Source: a virus. From it: a stretch of DNA of 10,696 nt. The DNA is taken from the UHGV virus genome UHGV-1749428; one strand, written 5' to 3'. The notes under the pieces are model-generated. The model did not search any database. It worked only from the letters and a program-made list of their open reading frames with translations, and had not been told where the DNA came from. Both the position numbers and the translations under genes were made by a program. This document shows, piece by piece, positions 1 to 8,433 of this stretch (position 1 is its first letter; the number at the start of each line of letters is the position of its first letter).

Positions 1-285
1 ACGGGCTGGACGAAACTAACGGGAGGTTTTTTGACGAAAAAACAGTTTATCAAGCTATATGATGAATGCTCAAAACATATTCACGTAAGGAACCCATATC
101 GGGTTAGGGAAAACTCGCTGGGGTTTCATAAAAAAGTTCCAGAGTATTTATCAAGAATTGAAACTCTACTGTTAAAGCACATTGTTTCTCTTGCCGGGAA
201 TGAAGAACTTCTTCTTGTAGATGTGCCTCATTATGAAGACTCTGTAACAGCTATAAAAATGAGCCACCTCGTTAAAATGGGGTGA
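1..285 (+). CDS. 3' end of an unrecognised cargo ORF (hypothetical protein), probably 5'-truncated by the window edge
   Basis: Frame 1 is open from nt 1 to the TGA at 283-285, so the ORF likely continues upstream; the ORF track begins it at a TTG at 31. About 38% GC over 1-300, unlike the phage genes. The translation (…FIKLYDECSKHIHVRNPYRVRENSLGFHKKVPEYLSRIETLLLKHIV…) matches nothing I can name. Confidence 0.4.
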   Translation, partial: TGWTKLTGGFLTKKQFIKLYDECSKHIHVRNPYRVRENSLGFHKKVPEYLSRIETLLLKHIVSLAGNEELLLVDVPHYEDSVTAIKMSHLVKMG

Positions 286-321
286 AAAATAAGCAATAAA
301 TAGTCGATTCTAGTGAACGGT

Positions 322-346
322 CGGCTATTTTGAGCCGGATTTTTAT
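322..346 (+). terminator. Weak candidate intrinsic terminator downstream of the cargo ORF
   Basis: CGGCT (322-326) / loop ATTTTG / AGCCG (333-337), followed by GATTTTTAT. The stem is only 5 bp, so this is weak. Confidence 0.3.
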
Positions 347-503
347 ACTGTTTCCCCTTAATTACAGTCGTTTCTATTCATGCATGTGCTATTGCATCGA
401 ATTGCATGCGTTTTCATCCCCTGTTGCTTATGAGCGTTGTCAGTGCTGGCGCATTCTCGGTATGTTCATGCAACTGCATCAAAATCGCCCCATGAAGCGG
501 GCG

Positions 504-522
504 GGCGAGGCGGGGAAAGCAC
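504..522. other. cos: cos cohesive-end site of a P2-like phage
   Basis: GGCGAGGCGGGGAAAGCAC matches the 19-nt cohesive-end sequence of P2/186-family phages as I recall it. It sits about 170 bp beyond the 3' end of Q, as at the P2 left end. Confidence 0.8.
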
Positions 523-662
523 TGCGCGCTGGCGGTGGTGCTGATTTTATTTTTTCGGCGTCTCAGCGCGTCGTGATGGCGTTTAGATTGTGTGCCGGGG
601 CGTCGGTGTGTCTGCGGGCTGTTTTGCGTGGAGGTGAGCGTGTGAGGGCGTGATGACGGGGT

Positions 663-686
663 GTAAAAAAGCCGCCCGCAGGCGGC
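663..686 (-). terminator. Rho-independent terminator downstream of the Q-P operon
   Basis: Perfect 6-bp GC stem GCCGCC (671-676) / loop CGCA / GGCGGC (681-686). The A6 run at 665-670 becomes a U-tract on the minus-strand transcript, 5 nt past the Q stop codon. Confidence 0.7.
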
Positions 687-691
687 GATGT

Positions 692-1726
692 TCAGCCGTT
701 GTCAGTGTCCAGTGAGTAGTTTTTAAAGCGGATGACCTCCTGACCGAGCCAGCCGTTTATCTCGCGGATCCTGTCCTGTAGCGGGATAAGCTCATTGCGG
801 ACAAAGACCTTTGCCACTTTCTCAATATCGCCCAGCGACCCGACGTTCTCCGGCTTGCCGCCCATCAACTGAAAGGGGATGCGGTGCGCGTCCAGCAGGT
901 CAGCGGCGCTGGCTTTTTTGATATTAAAAAAATCGTCCTTCGTTGCCACTTCACTGAGCGGGATAATTTTAATGCCGTCGGCTTTCCCCTGCGGGGCATA
1001 GAGAAACAGATTTTTAAAGTTGTTGCGGCCTTTCGACTTCACCATGTTTTCGCGGAGCATTTCGATATCGTTGCGATCCTGCACGGCATCGGTGACGTAC
1101 ATGATGTATCCGGCATGTGCGCCATTTTCGTAATACTTGCGGCGGAACAGCGTGGCCGACTCATTCAGCCAGGCAGAGTTAAGGGCGCTGAGATATTCCG
1201 GCAGGCCGTACAGTTCCTGATTAATATCCGGCTCCAGCAGGTGAAACACGGAGCCGGGCGCGAAGGCTGTCGGCTCGTTGAAGGACGGCACCCACCAGTA
1301 AACATCCTCTTCCACACCACGGCGGGTATATTTTGCCGGTGAGGTTTCCAGCCTGATAACTTTACCGGTGGTGCTGTAACGCTTTTCCAGAAACGCATTA
1401 CCGAACACCAGAAAATCCAGCACAAAGCGGCTGAAATCCTGCTGGGAAAGCCACGGATGCGGGATAAATGTCGACGCCAGAATATTGCGTTTGACGTAAA
1501 TCGGTGAGCTGTGATGCACGGCAGCACGCAGGCTTTTTGCCAGACCGGTAAAGCTGACCGGTGGCTCATACCATCTGCCGTTACTGATGCATTCGACGTA
1601 ATCCAGAATGTCACGGCGGTCGAGTACCGGCACCGGCTCGCCAAAGGTGAATGCCTCCATTTTCGGGGTGCTGGCGGTCATTTTTTTTGCCGCAGGTTGC
1701 GGTGTTTTCCCTTTTTTCTTGCTCAT
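692..1726 (-). CDS. Q: Portal protein gpQ
   Basis: 344 aa, the same length as P2 gpQ, and the translation (MSKKKGKTPQPAAKKMTASTPKMEAFTFGEPVPV…) is recognisable as the P2 portal. The start overlaps the P stop (ATGA). Confidence 0.93.
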   Translation of the reverse strand: MSKKKGKTPQPAAKKMTASTPKMEAFTFGEPVPVLDRRDILDYVECISNGRWYEPPVSFTGLAKSLRAAVHHSSPIYVKRNILASTFIPHPWLSQQDFSRFVLDFLVFGNAFLEKRYSTTGKVIRLETSPAKYTRRGVEEDVYWWVPSFNEPTAFAPGSVFHLLEPDINQELYGLPEYLSALNSAWLNESATLFRRKYYENGAHAGYIMYVTDAVQDRNDIEMLRENMVKSKGRNNFKNLFLYAPQGKADGIKIIPLSEVATKDDFFNIKKASAADLLDAHRIPFQLMGGKPENVGSLGDIEKVAKVFVRNELIPLQDRIREINGWLGQEVIRFKNYSLDTDNG

Positions 1727-3498
1727 CAGTAAAACTCCAGAATGGTGGATGTCAGCGGGGTGCTGATACCGGCGGTGAGTGGCTCATTTAACAGGGCGTG
1801 CATGGTCGCCCAGGCGAGGTCGGCGTGGCTGGCTTCCTCGCTGCGGCTGGCCTCATAGGTGGCGCTGCGTCCGCTGCTGGTCATGGTCTTACGGATAGCC
1901 ATAAACGAGCTGGTGATGTCGGTGGCGCTGACGTCGTATTCCAGACAGCCACGGCGGATAACGTCTTTTGCCTTGAGCACCATTGCGGTTTTCATTTCCG
2001 GCGTGTAGCGGATGTCGCGCGCGGCAGGATAGAACGAGCGCACGAGCTGGAACACGCCGACACCGAGGCCGGTGGCATCAATACCGATGTATTCGACGTT
2101 GTATTTTTCGGTGAGTTTGCGGATGGATTCAGCCTGGGTGGCAAAGTCCATGCCTTTCCACTGGTGACGCTCAAGTATTCTGAATTTGCCACCGGCCACC
2201 ACCGGCGGTGCCAGCACCACGCATCCGGCGCTGTCTCCACGGTGTGACGGGTCGTAACCAATCCATACCGGACGTGAGCCGAACGGATTGGCGGCAAACG
2301 GCGCATAGTCTTCCCATTCTTCCAGCGTGTCGACCATGCAGCGTTGCAGCTCCTCGAACGGGAACACCGATGCCTTGTCGTCAACAAATTCACACATGAA
2401 CAGGTTTTTAAAATCGTCGGCGCTGTTTTCACGTTTGAGCTGCTCAATGTCGAACAGTGTGCAGCCACCTTTCAGGGCATCCTCAATGGTGACAATCTGC
2501 CGCCACTGGCCGTCCGCACAGAGAAGACCACCGGCAAGGGCGTTATGACTGACGTCGATTTCCACGCGTTCGGCGGCGCTGGCGCGTCCCCGGTTAAACA
2601 GTTCACCCGACCAGAACGGGTAGGCGTCGTGCGCCAGCGTGGACGGGGTGGAGAAATAGGTCGAGCGCAGGTGACTCTGTGAGGCCATACCTGATGCCAC
2701 CTTACGCAGTACCTGAAAATTCGGGATCCAGAAAATCTCGTCGACGTACAGGTCGCCGTTATGGCTCTGCGCGGTGTTGGAGTTGGTGCCGAGAAAAATC
2801 AGTTTTGCGCCGTTATTGCCCAGGACAATCGGGTCACCGGTCAGGTCAACGTCAACCAGACGGGCAAAGGCGATGATGTATTCGCGGAACACATACGCCT
2901 GTGTTTTACTGGCCGACAGAAAAATCTGGTTATGACCGGTTTTCAGGGCGCGCAGCAGCGCCTCGCGGGAAAAATAAAACGTCGCGCCAATCTGGCGGGA
3001 TTTCAGTATATCGCGGATGCGGTGCTCAAGCCCGGCGCGATACCAGTGCAACTGATAGTCGAAAGACTGCTCAAAGAAAATCTGCTCCAGCTTTTCGATG
3101 GCTTCGTCACTGAAAAAATTCTTTTTCGGTTTGCGACGCTCGCCTTTGTTGCGGTTAGCGACGTTCGGATTAAGGTCTGCCTCGTTGCCGGTCTGGCTGT
3201 AGCGGTTGACCCGTGCCAGTCGTTCAATCTGGCGTCCCAGCAGGTCAATTTCCTTGAAGTCACCGCCGGTTTTCTGCGGTTTGATGATGAGCTGGGTCAG
3301 CCGCGCTTCCAGGCTCATTTCGACACGGCTGATGGGGGCAACGCTGTCCCAGCCGTCGCGCTGTTTCCAGCTCTGCACCGTCGGGCGTTTCATCTGCAAC
3401 ATGGCGGCAATCTGCGGCACGGAAAACCCCTGCCAGTACAGCAGCGCCGCCTGACGACGCGGGTCGTGTAAAAGAGTGGTGTCTGTGGTGATGGTCAT
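1726..3498 (-). CDS. P: Terminase large (ATPase) subunit gpP
   Basis: 590 aa from the ATG at 3496-3498 (MTITTDTTLLHDPRRQ…), preceded by GAGG 5 nt upstream. The ORF track's longer start at 3528 adds 10 residues with no RBS. Length and sequence match P2 gpP. Confidence 0.93.
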   Translation of the reverse strand: MTITTDTTLLHDPRRQAALLYWQGFSVPQIAAMLQMKRPTVQSWKQRDGWDSVAPISRVEMSLEARLTQLIIKPQKTGGDFKEIDLLGRQIERLARVNRYSQTGNEADLNPNVANRNKGERRKPKKNFFSDEAIEKLEQIFFEQSFDYQLHWYRAGLEHRIRDILKSRQIGATFYFSREALLRALKTGHNQIFLSASKTQAYVFREYIIAFARLVDVDLTGDPIVLGNNGAKLIFLGTNSNTAQSHNGDLYVDEIFWIPNFQVLRKVASGMASQSHLRSTYFSTPSTLAHDAYPFWSGELFNRGRASAAERVEIDVSHNALAGGLLCADGQWRQIVTIEDALKGGCTLFDIEQLKRENSADDFKNLFMCEFVDDKASVFPFEELQRCMVDTLEEWEDYAPFAANPFGSRPVWIGYDPSHRGDSAGCVVLAPPVVAGGKFRILERHQWKGMDFATQAESIRKLTEKYNVEYIGIDATGLGVGVFQLVRSFYPAARDIRYTPEMKTAMVLKAKDVIRRGCLEYDVSATDITSSFMAIRKTMTSSGRSATYEASRSEEASHADLAWATMHALLNEPLTAGISTPLTSTILEFY

Positions 3499-3671
3499 GA
3501 ATACCTCGCCGTGATGAATACACGGCAAGGCTACTGAGTCGCGCCCCGCGATTCGCTAAGGTGCTGTTGTGTCAGTGATAAGCCATCCGGGACTGATGGC
3601 GGAGGATGCGCATCGTCGGGAAACTGATGCCGACATGTGACTCCTCTAATCACTATTCAGGACTCCTGACA
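3499..3671. promoter_or_regulatory. Divergent P/O intergenic control region (expected late promoters for the P-Q and O-N-M-L operons)
   Basis: 173-bp non-coding gap between divergently transcribed P and O; in P2 this holds the Ogr-dependent late promoters P_P and P_O. No clean TGT-N12-ACA dyad found by eye; a direct repeat GACTCCT lies at 3639-3645 and 3661-3667. Confidence 0.5.
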
Positions 3672-4526
3672 ATGGCAAAAAAAGTCTCAAAATTCTTTCG
3701 TATCGGCGTTGAGGGTGACACCTGTGACGGGCGTGTCATCAGTGCGCAGGATATTCAGGAAATGGCGGAAACCTTTGACCCGCGTGTCTATGGTTGCCGC
3801 ATTAACCTGGAACATCTGCGCGGCATCCTGCCTGACGGTATTTTTAAACGTTATGGCGATGTGGCCGAACTGAAGGCCGAAAAGATTGACGATGATTCGG
3901 CGCTGAAAGGCAAATGGGCGCTGTTTGCGAAAATCACCCCGACCGATGACCTTATCGCGATGAACAAGGCCGCGCAGAAGGTCTACACCTCAATGGAAAT
4001 TCAGCCGAACTTTGCCAACACCGGCAAATGTTATCTGGTGGGGCTGGCCGTCACCGATGACCCGGCAAGCCTCGGCACGGAATACCTGGAATTCTGCCGC
4101 ACGGCAAAACACAACCCCCTGAACCGCTTCAAATTAAGCCCTGAAAACCTGATTTCAGTGGCAACGCCCGTTGAGCTGGAATTTGAAGACCTGCCTGAAA
4201 CCGTGTTCACCGCCCTGACCGAAAAGGTGAAATCCATTTTTGGCCGCAAACAGGCCAGCGATGACGCCCGTCTGAATGACGTGCATGAAGCGGTGACCGC
4301 TGTCGCTGAGCATGTGCAGGAAAAACTGAGCGCCACTGAGCAGCGCCTCGCTGAGATGGAAACTGCCTTTTCCGCACTTAAGCAGGATGTGACTGACAGG
4401 GCGGATGAAACCAGTCAGGCATTCACCCGCCTGAAAAACAGTCTCGACCACACCGAAAGTCTGACCCAGCAGCGCCGCAGCAAAGCCACCGGCGGTGGCG
4501 GTGACGCCCTGATGACGAACTGCTGA
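3672..4526 (+). CDS. O: Capsid scaffolding protein gpO
   Basis: 284 aa from the ATG at 3672 (MAKKVSKFFRIGVEGDTCDGRV…), with AGGA 9 nt upstream. Length and sequence match P2 gpO; the ORF track's upstream start at 3606 is an extension. Confidence 0.93.
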   Translation: MAKKVSKFFRIGVEGDTCDGRVISAQDIQEMAETFDPRVYGCRINLEHLRGILPDGIFKRYGDVAELKAEKIDDDSALKGKWALFAKITPTDDLIAMNKAAQKVYTSMEIQPNFANTGKCYLVGLAVTDDPASLGTEYLEFCRTAKHNPLNRFKLSPENLISVATPVELEFEDLPETVFTALTEKVKSIFGRKQASDDARLNDVHEAVTAVAEHVQEKLSATEQRLAEMETAFSALKQDVTDRADETSQAFTRLKNSLDHTESLTQQRRSKATGGGGDALMTNC

Positions 4527-4584
4527 CCGGCGTCAGTCAGTCCGGGAAAACCTTCACGATTAACCCTTAATTTCAGGAAAAACT

Positions 4585-5658
4585 ATGCGCCAGGAAACCC
4601 GCTTTAAATTTAATGCTTACCTGTCCCGTGTTGCCGAACTGAACGGCATCGACGCCGGTGATGTGTCGAAAAAATTCACCGTTGAACCGTCGGTCACCCA
4701 GACCCTGATGAACACCATGCAGGAGTCCTCTGATTTTCTGACCCGCATCAACATTGTGCCGGTCAGCGAAATGAAAGGGGAAAAAATTGGCATCGGTGTC
4801 ACCGGCTCCATCGCCAGCACCACCGACACCGCCGGTGGCACCGAGCGTCAGCCGAAGGACTTCTCGAAGCTGGCGTCAAACAAGTACGAATGCGACCAGA
4901 TTAACTTCGATTTTTATATCCGCTACAAAACGCTGGACCTGTGGGCGCGTTATCAGGATTTCCAGCTCCGTATCCGTAACGCCATTATCAAACGCCAGTC
5001 CCTTGATTTCATCATGGCCGGTTTTAACGGCGTGAAGCGTGCCGAAACCTCTGACCGCAGCAGCAATCCGATGCTGCAGGATGTGGCGGTCGGCTGGCTG
5101 CAGAAATACCGCAATGAAGCCCCGGCGCGCGTGATGAGCAAGGTCACTGACGAGGAAGGTCGCACCACCTCTGAGGTCATCCGCGTGGGTAAGGGCGGTG
5201 ATTATGCCAGCCTTGACGCACTGGTGATGGATGCGACCAACAACCTGATTGAGCCGTGGTATCAGGAAGACCCTGACCTTGTGGTGATTGTGGGGCGTCA
5301 GCTACTGGCGGACAAGTATTTCCCCATCGTTAACAAGGAGCAGGACAACAGCGAAATGCTGGCCGCTGACGTCATCATCAGCCAGAAACGCATCGGCAAC
5401 CTGCCAGCGGTACGCGTCCCGTACTTCCCGGCGGATGCGATGCTCATCACGAAGCTGGAAAACCTGTCCATCTACTACATGGATGACAGCCATCGCCGCG
5501 TGATTGTGGAAAACCCGAAACTCGACCGCGTGGAGAACTACGAGTCAATGAACATTGATTACGTGGTGGAAGACTACGCCGCCGGTTGTCTGGTGGAAAA
5601 AATTAAGGTCGGTGATTTCTCCACACCGGTTAAGGCGACCGCAGAGCCGGGAGCGTAA
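4585..5658 (+). CDS. N: Major capsid protein gpN
   Basis: 357 aa, the same length as P2 gpN (MRQETRFKFNAYLSRVAELNGIDAG…), with an AGGA RBS 7 nt upstream of the ATG. Confidence 0.95.
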   Translation: MRQETRFKFNAYLSRVAELNGIDAGDVSKKFTVEPSVTQTLMNTMQESSDFLTRINIVPVSEMKGEKIGIGVTGSIASTTDTAGGTERQPKDFSKLASNKYECDQINFDFYIRYKTLDLWARYQDFQLRIRNAIIKRQSLDFIMAGFNGVKRAETSDRSSNPMLQDVAVGWLQKYRNEAPARVMSKVTDEEGRTTSEVIRVGKGGDYASLDALVMDATNNLIEPWYQEDPDLVVIVGRQLLADKYFPIVNKEQDNSEMLAADVIISQKRIGNLPAVRVPYFPADAMLITKLENLSIYYMDDSHRRVIVENPKLDRVENYESMNIDYVVEDYAAGCLVEKIKVGDFSTPVKATAEPGA

Positions 5659-5661
5659 CCG

Positions 5662-6399
5662 ATGACGAGTCCCGCACAGCGCCACATGATGCGGGTCTCG
5701 GCAGCGATGACCGCGCAGCGGGAAGCCGCCCCGCTGCGACATGCAACTGTCTATGAGCAGATGCTGGTCAAGCTGGCCGCAGACCAGCGCACACTGAAAG
5801 CGATTTATTCAAAAGAGCTGAAGGCCGCGAAAAAACGCGAACTGCTGCCGTTCTGGTTGCCGTGGGTGAACGGTGTGCTGGAGCAGGGCAAAGGTGCACA
5901 GGATGACATTCTGATGACGGTCATGCTGTGGCGTCTGGATACCGGCGATATTGCCGGTGCGCTGGAGATTGCCCGTTATGCCCTGAAGTACGGTCTGACC
6001 ATGCCGGGTAAACACCGCCGCACCCCGCCGTACATGTTCACCGAGGAGGTGGCGCTCGCGGCCATGCGCGCCCACGCTGCCGGTGAGTCTGTGGATACCC
6101 GCCTGCTGACGGAGACCCTTGCACTGACCGCCACGGCAGACATGCCTGATGAAGTGCGCGCAAAGCTGCACAAAATCACCGGTCTGTTTCTGCGTGACGC
6201 TGGTGATGCCGCCGGTGCGCTGGCTCACCTGCAACGTGCGACACAGCTCGACTGTCAGGCAGGCGTCAAAAAAGAGATTGAACGACTGGAGCGGGAGCTG
6301 AAACCGAAGCCGGAGCCAAAAGCGGTCACCCGCGCCCCGCGTAAGACCCGGAGTGCGACACCGGCAAAACGTGGACGCCCGAAAAAGAAAGCCAGTTAA
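5662..6399 (+). CDS. M: Terminase small (endonuclease) subunit gpM
   Basis: 245 aa immediately after N (3-nt gap, GGAG RBS inside the end of N); sequence recognisable as P2 gpM, with a basic C-terminal tail. Confidence 0.9.
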   Translation: MTSPAQRHMMRVSAAMTAQREAAPLRHATVYEQMLVKLAADQRTLKAIYSKELKAAKKRELLPFWLPWVNGVLEQGKGAQDDILMTVMLWRLDTGDIAGALEIARYALKYGLTMPGKHRRTPPYMFTEEVALAAMRAHAAGESVDTRLLTETLALTATADMPDEVRAKLHKITGLFLRDAGDAAGALAHLQRATQLDCQAGVKKEIERLERELKPKPEPKAVTRAPRKTRSATPAKRGRPKKKAS

Positions 6400-6498
6400 C
6401 AACCGAATGCGCCCCGCGCCAGGGCGGCACGCCGGTCTGTGAGGGTGAATCACCTGACACTGTACCGGCGTCCACCGCCCGACTTTTCAGAGGTAGTC

Positions 6499-7008
6499 AT
6501 GATGACGCTGATTATTCCGCGAAAGGAGGCTCCCGTGTCTGGTGAGGGTACGGTGGTCATCCCGCAACCGGCAGGCGACGAGCCGGTGATTAAAAACACG
6601 TTCTTTTTTCCCGATATCGACCCGAAGCGCGTCCGGGAACGTATGCGCCTTGAGCAGACCGTCGCCCCCGCCCGTCTGCGAGAGGCCATCAAGTCAGGCA
6701 TGGCGGAGACGAATGCGGAGCTGTACGAGTACCGCGAACAGAAAATTGCTGCCGGTTTTACGCGTCTGGCGGACGTCCCGGCGGACGACATCGACGGTGA
6801 AAGCATCAAAGTTTTTTACTACGAGCGCGCCGTGTGTGCGATGGCGACCGCGTCGCTTTATGAGCGTTATCGCGGTGTGGATGCCAGTGCGAAAGGCGAC
6901 AAGAAGGCTGACAGCATTGACAGCACCATCGATGAACTGTGGCGGGATATGCGCTGGGCAGTGGCGCGCATCCAGGACAAGCCGCGCTGCATCGTGAGTC
7001 AAATCTGA
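6499..7008 (+). CDS. L: Head completion/stabilisation protein gpL
   Basis: 169 aa from the ATG at 6499 (MMTLIIPRKEAPVSGEG…), with AGAGG 5 nt upstream. Matches P2 gpL length; the ORF track start at 6439 is an extension. Confidence 0.92.
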   Translation: MMTLIIPRKEAPVSGEGTVVIPQPAGDEPVIKNTFFFPDIDPKRVRERMRLEQTVAPARLREAIKSGMAETNAELYEYREQKIAAGFTRLADVPADDIDGESIKVFYYERAVCAMATASLYERYRGVDASAKGDKKADSIDSTIDELWRDMRWAVARIQDKPRCIVSQI

Positions 7009-7211
7009 TGAAGACCTTTGCGCTACAGGGCGACACGCTCGACGCCATTTGTGTCCGGTATTACGGGCGCACTGAGGGCGTGGTCGAGGCCGTGCTCGCC
7101 GCAAATCCGGGACTGGCTGAACTGGGTGCGGTGCTGCCACACGGCACCGCCGTCGAACTGCCCGACGTTCAGACCGCGCCCGTGGCTGAAACTGTCAATC
7201 TGTGGGAGTAA
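7008..7211 (+). CDS. X: Tail protein gpX
   Basis: 67 aa (MKTFALQGDTLDAICVRYYGRTEGVVEAVLAANPGL…), start overlapping the L stop (ATGA). Matches P2 gpX; the ORF track start at 6939 lies inside L in another frame. Confidence 0.9.
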   Translation: MKTFALQGDTLDAICVRYYGRTEGVVEAVLAANPGLAELGAVLPHGTAVELPDVQTAPVAETVNLWE

Positions 7212-7214
7212 CGC

Positions 7215-7496
7215 ATGACAGCAGAAGAAAAAAGCGTCCTGTCGCTTTTCATGATTGGGGTGCTGATTGTTGTCGGCAAGGTGCTTGCCGGTGGTGAACC
7301 CATCACCCCGCGTCTGTTTATCGGGCGCATGTTGCTCGGTGGTTTTGTCTCAATGGTTGCCGGTGTTGTTCTGGTGCAGTTTCCTGACCTGTCACTGCCT
7401 GCGGTGTGCGGCATTGGCTCCATGCTGGGTATCGCCGGTTATCAGGTGATTGAGATTGCCATTCAGCGCCGCTTTAAGGGCAGGGGGAAACAGTAA
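7215..7496 (+). CDS. Y: Holin gpY
   Basis: 93 aa with hydrophobic transmembrane segments and a charged C-terminus (…QRRFKGRGKQ); length and sequence match P2 Y. It is the first gene of the lysis cassette. Confidence 0.92.
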   Translation: MTAEEKSVLSLFMIGVLIVVGKVLAGGEPITPRLFIGRMLLGGFVSMVAGVVLVQFPDLSLPAVCGIGSMLGIAGYQVIEIAIQRRFKGRGKQ

Positions 7497-7993
7497 TGCC
7501 GGTAATTAAAACACATCAGAATATCGCCGCCTTTCTCGACATGCTGGCCGTGTCCGAAGGGACGGCGAATCATCCGCTGACGAAAAACCGGGGCTATGAC
7601 GTGATAGTCACCGGACTGGACGGGAAGCCGGAAATTTTCACCGACTACAGTGACCACCCGTTCGCGCATGGCCGACCGGCGAAGGTATTTAACCGTCGCG
7701 GTGAAAAGTCCACGGCCTCCGGTCGCTATCAGCAGCTTTACCTGTTCTGGCCGCACTACCGCAAACAGCTTGCCCTGCCGGATTTCAGTCCGTTGTCACA
7801 GGACAGACTCGCCATTCAGTTGATCCGCGAACGCGGTGCACAGGATGACATCCGGGCGGGACGCATTGAGCGCGCCATTTCACGCTGTCGCAATATCTGG
7901 GCGTCCCTGCCGGGAGCCGGTTACGGTCAGCGTGAGCATTCACTGGAAAAACTGGTCACCGTCTGGCGTACCGCTGGCGGCGTACCGGCTTAA
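7496..7993 (+). CDS. K: Endolysin gpK (lambda R-like lysozyme/transglycosylase family)
   Basis: 165 aa (MPVIKTHQNIAAFLDMLAVSEGTANHP…), start overlapping the Y stop (TAATG) with a GGGGG RBS upstream. Matches P2 gpK. Confidence 0.93.
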   Translation: MPVIKTHQNIAAFLDMLAVSEGTANHPLTKNRGYDVIVTGLDGKPEIFTDYSDHPFAHGRPAKVFNRRGEKSTASGRYQQLYLFWPHYRKQLALPDFSPLSQDRLAIQLIRERGAQDDIRAGRIERAISRCRNIWASLPGAGYGQREHSLEKLVTVWRTAGGVPA

Positions 7994-8007
7994 ACGGAGT
8001 AAACACC

Positions 8008-8433
8008 ATGAAGAAATTATCCCTTTCACTGATGCTGAACGTGTCGCTGGCGCTGATGCTGGCACTGTCCCTGATTTACCCGCAGAGCGTGGCCGTCAGT
8101 TTTGTCGCCACCTGGGCGATTCTGGCGACGGTTATCTGTGTGGTTGCCGGTGGTGTCGGCGTGTATGCCACTGAGTATGTACTGGAACGCTACGGACGGG
8201 AGCTGCCGCCGGAATCGCTGGCCGTGAAGATTGTCACGTCGCTGTTTTTGCAGCCGGTGCCGTGGCGCAGACGGGCGGCGGCTCTGGTGGTGATGGTGAC
8301 GACGTTTATCTCGCTGGTCGCTGCCGGGTGGATTTTTACCGCGCTGATTTATCTTGTGACGTCGCTGTTTTTCCGGCTGATACGTAAAGCCTGTCGTCAG
8401 CGTCTTGAGGGGCGGGAACTATGTCAAAGCTGA
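8008..8433 (+). CDS. lysA: Lysis-timing membrane protein LysA
   Basis: 141 aa, strongly hydrophobic with several predicted transmembrane segments, located after the endolysin as in P2. Confidence 0.88.
   Translation: MKKLSLSLMLNVSLALMLALSLIYPQSVAVSFVATWAILATVICVVAGGVGVYATEYVLERYGRELPPESLAVKIVTSLFLQPVPWRRRAAALVVMVTTFISLVAAGWIFTALIYLVTSLFFRLIRKACRQRLEGRELCQS

Noticed and set aside
330-653. 107-aa plus-strand ORF spanning the cos region
   Set aside because: Starts at a TTG with no convincing RBS, runs straight through the cos site and the Q-P terminator hairpin, and has an odd Cys/Arg-rich composition. Most likely a chance ORF in a conserved non-coding packaging region.
884-3471. Several plus-strand ORFs (884-1342, 1511-1732, 1798-2247, 2208-2399, 2344-2682, 2761-3471) antisense to Q and P
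   Set aside because: They lie entirely within, and opposite to, the well-supported portal and terminase genes. Long antisense ORFs are expected by chance in GC-rich coding DNA, and none has RBS or start-context support.
3499-3671. Longer upstream starts proposed by the ORF track for P (3528), O (3606), L (6439), X (6939) and the V C-terminal fragment (10153)
   Set aside because: Each extension adds residues absent from the P2 proteins and lacks an RBS, whereas the internal ATGs (3498, 3672, 6499, 7008) have Shine-Dalgarno motifs and give the exact P2 protein lengths. The 10153 start would overlap the V N-terminal fragment in another frame.
5809-7140. Minus-strand ORFs (5809-6453, 6450-6809, 6694-7140, 6806-7048) antisense to M, L and X
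   Set aside because: Same reasoning: antisense to recognisable, collinear P2 head genes, with Arg/Cys-rich composition typical of spurious GC-rich frames.
7018-8174. Alternative-frame ORFs overlapping X, Y and K (7018-7218, 7267-7449, 7836-8174)
   Set aside because: They overlap well-supported genes in other frames with no start-context support. Unlike lysC within lysB, there is no known P2 precedent for embedded genes at these positions.
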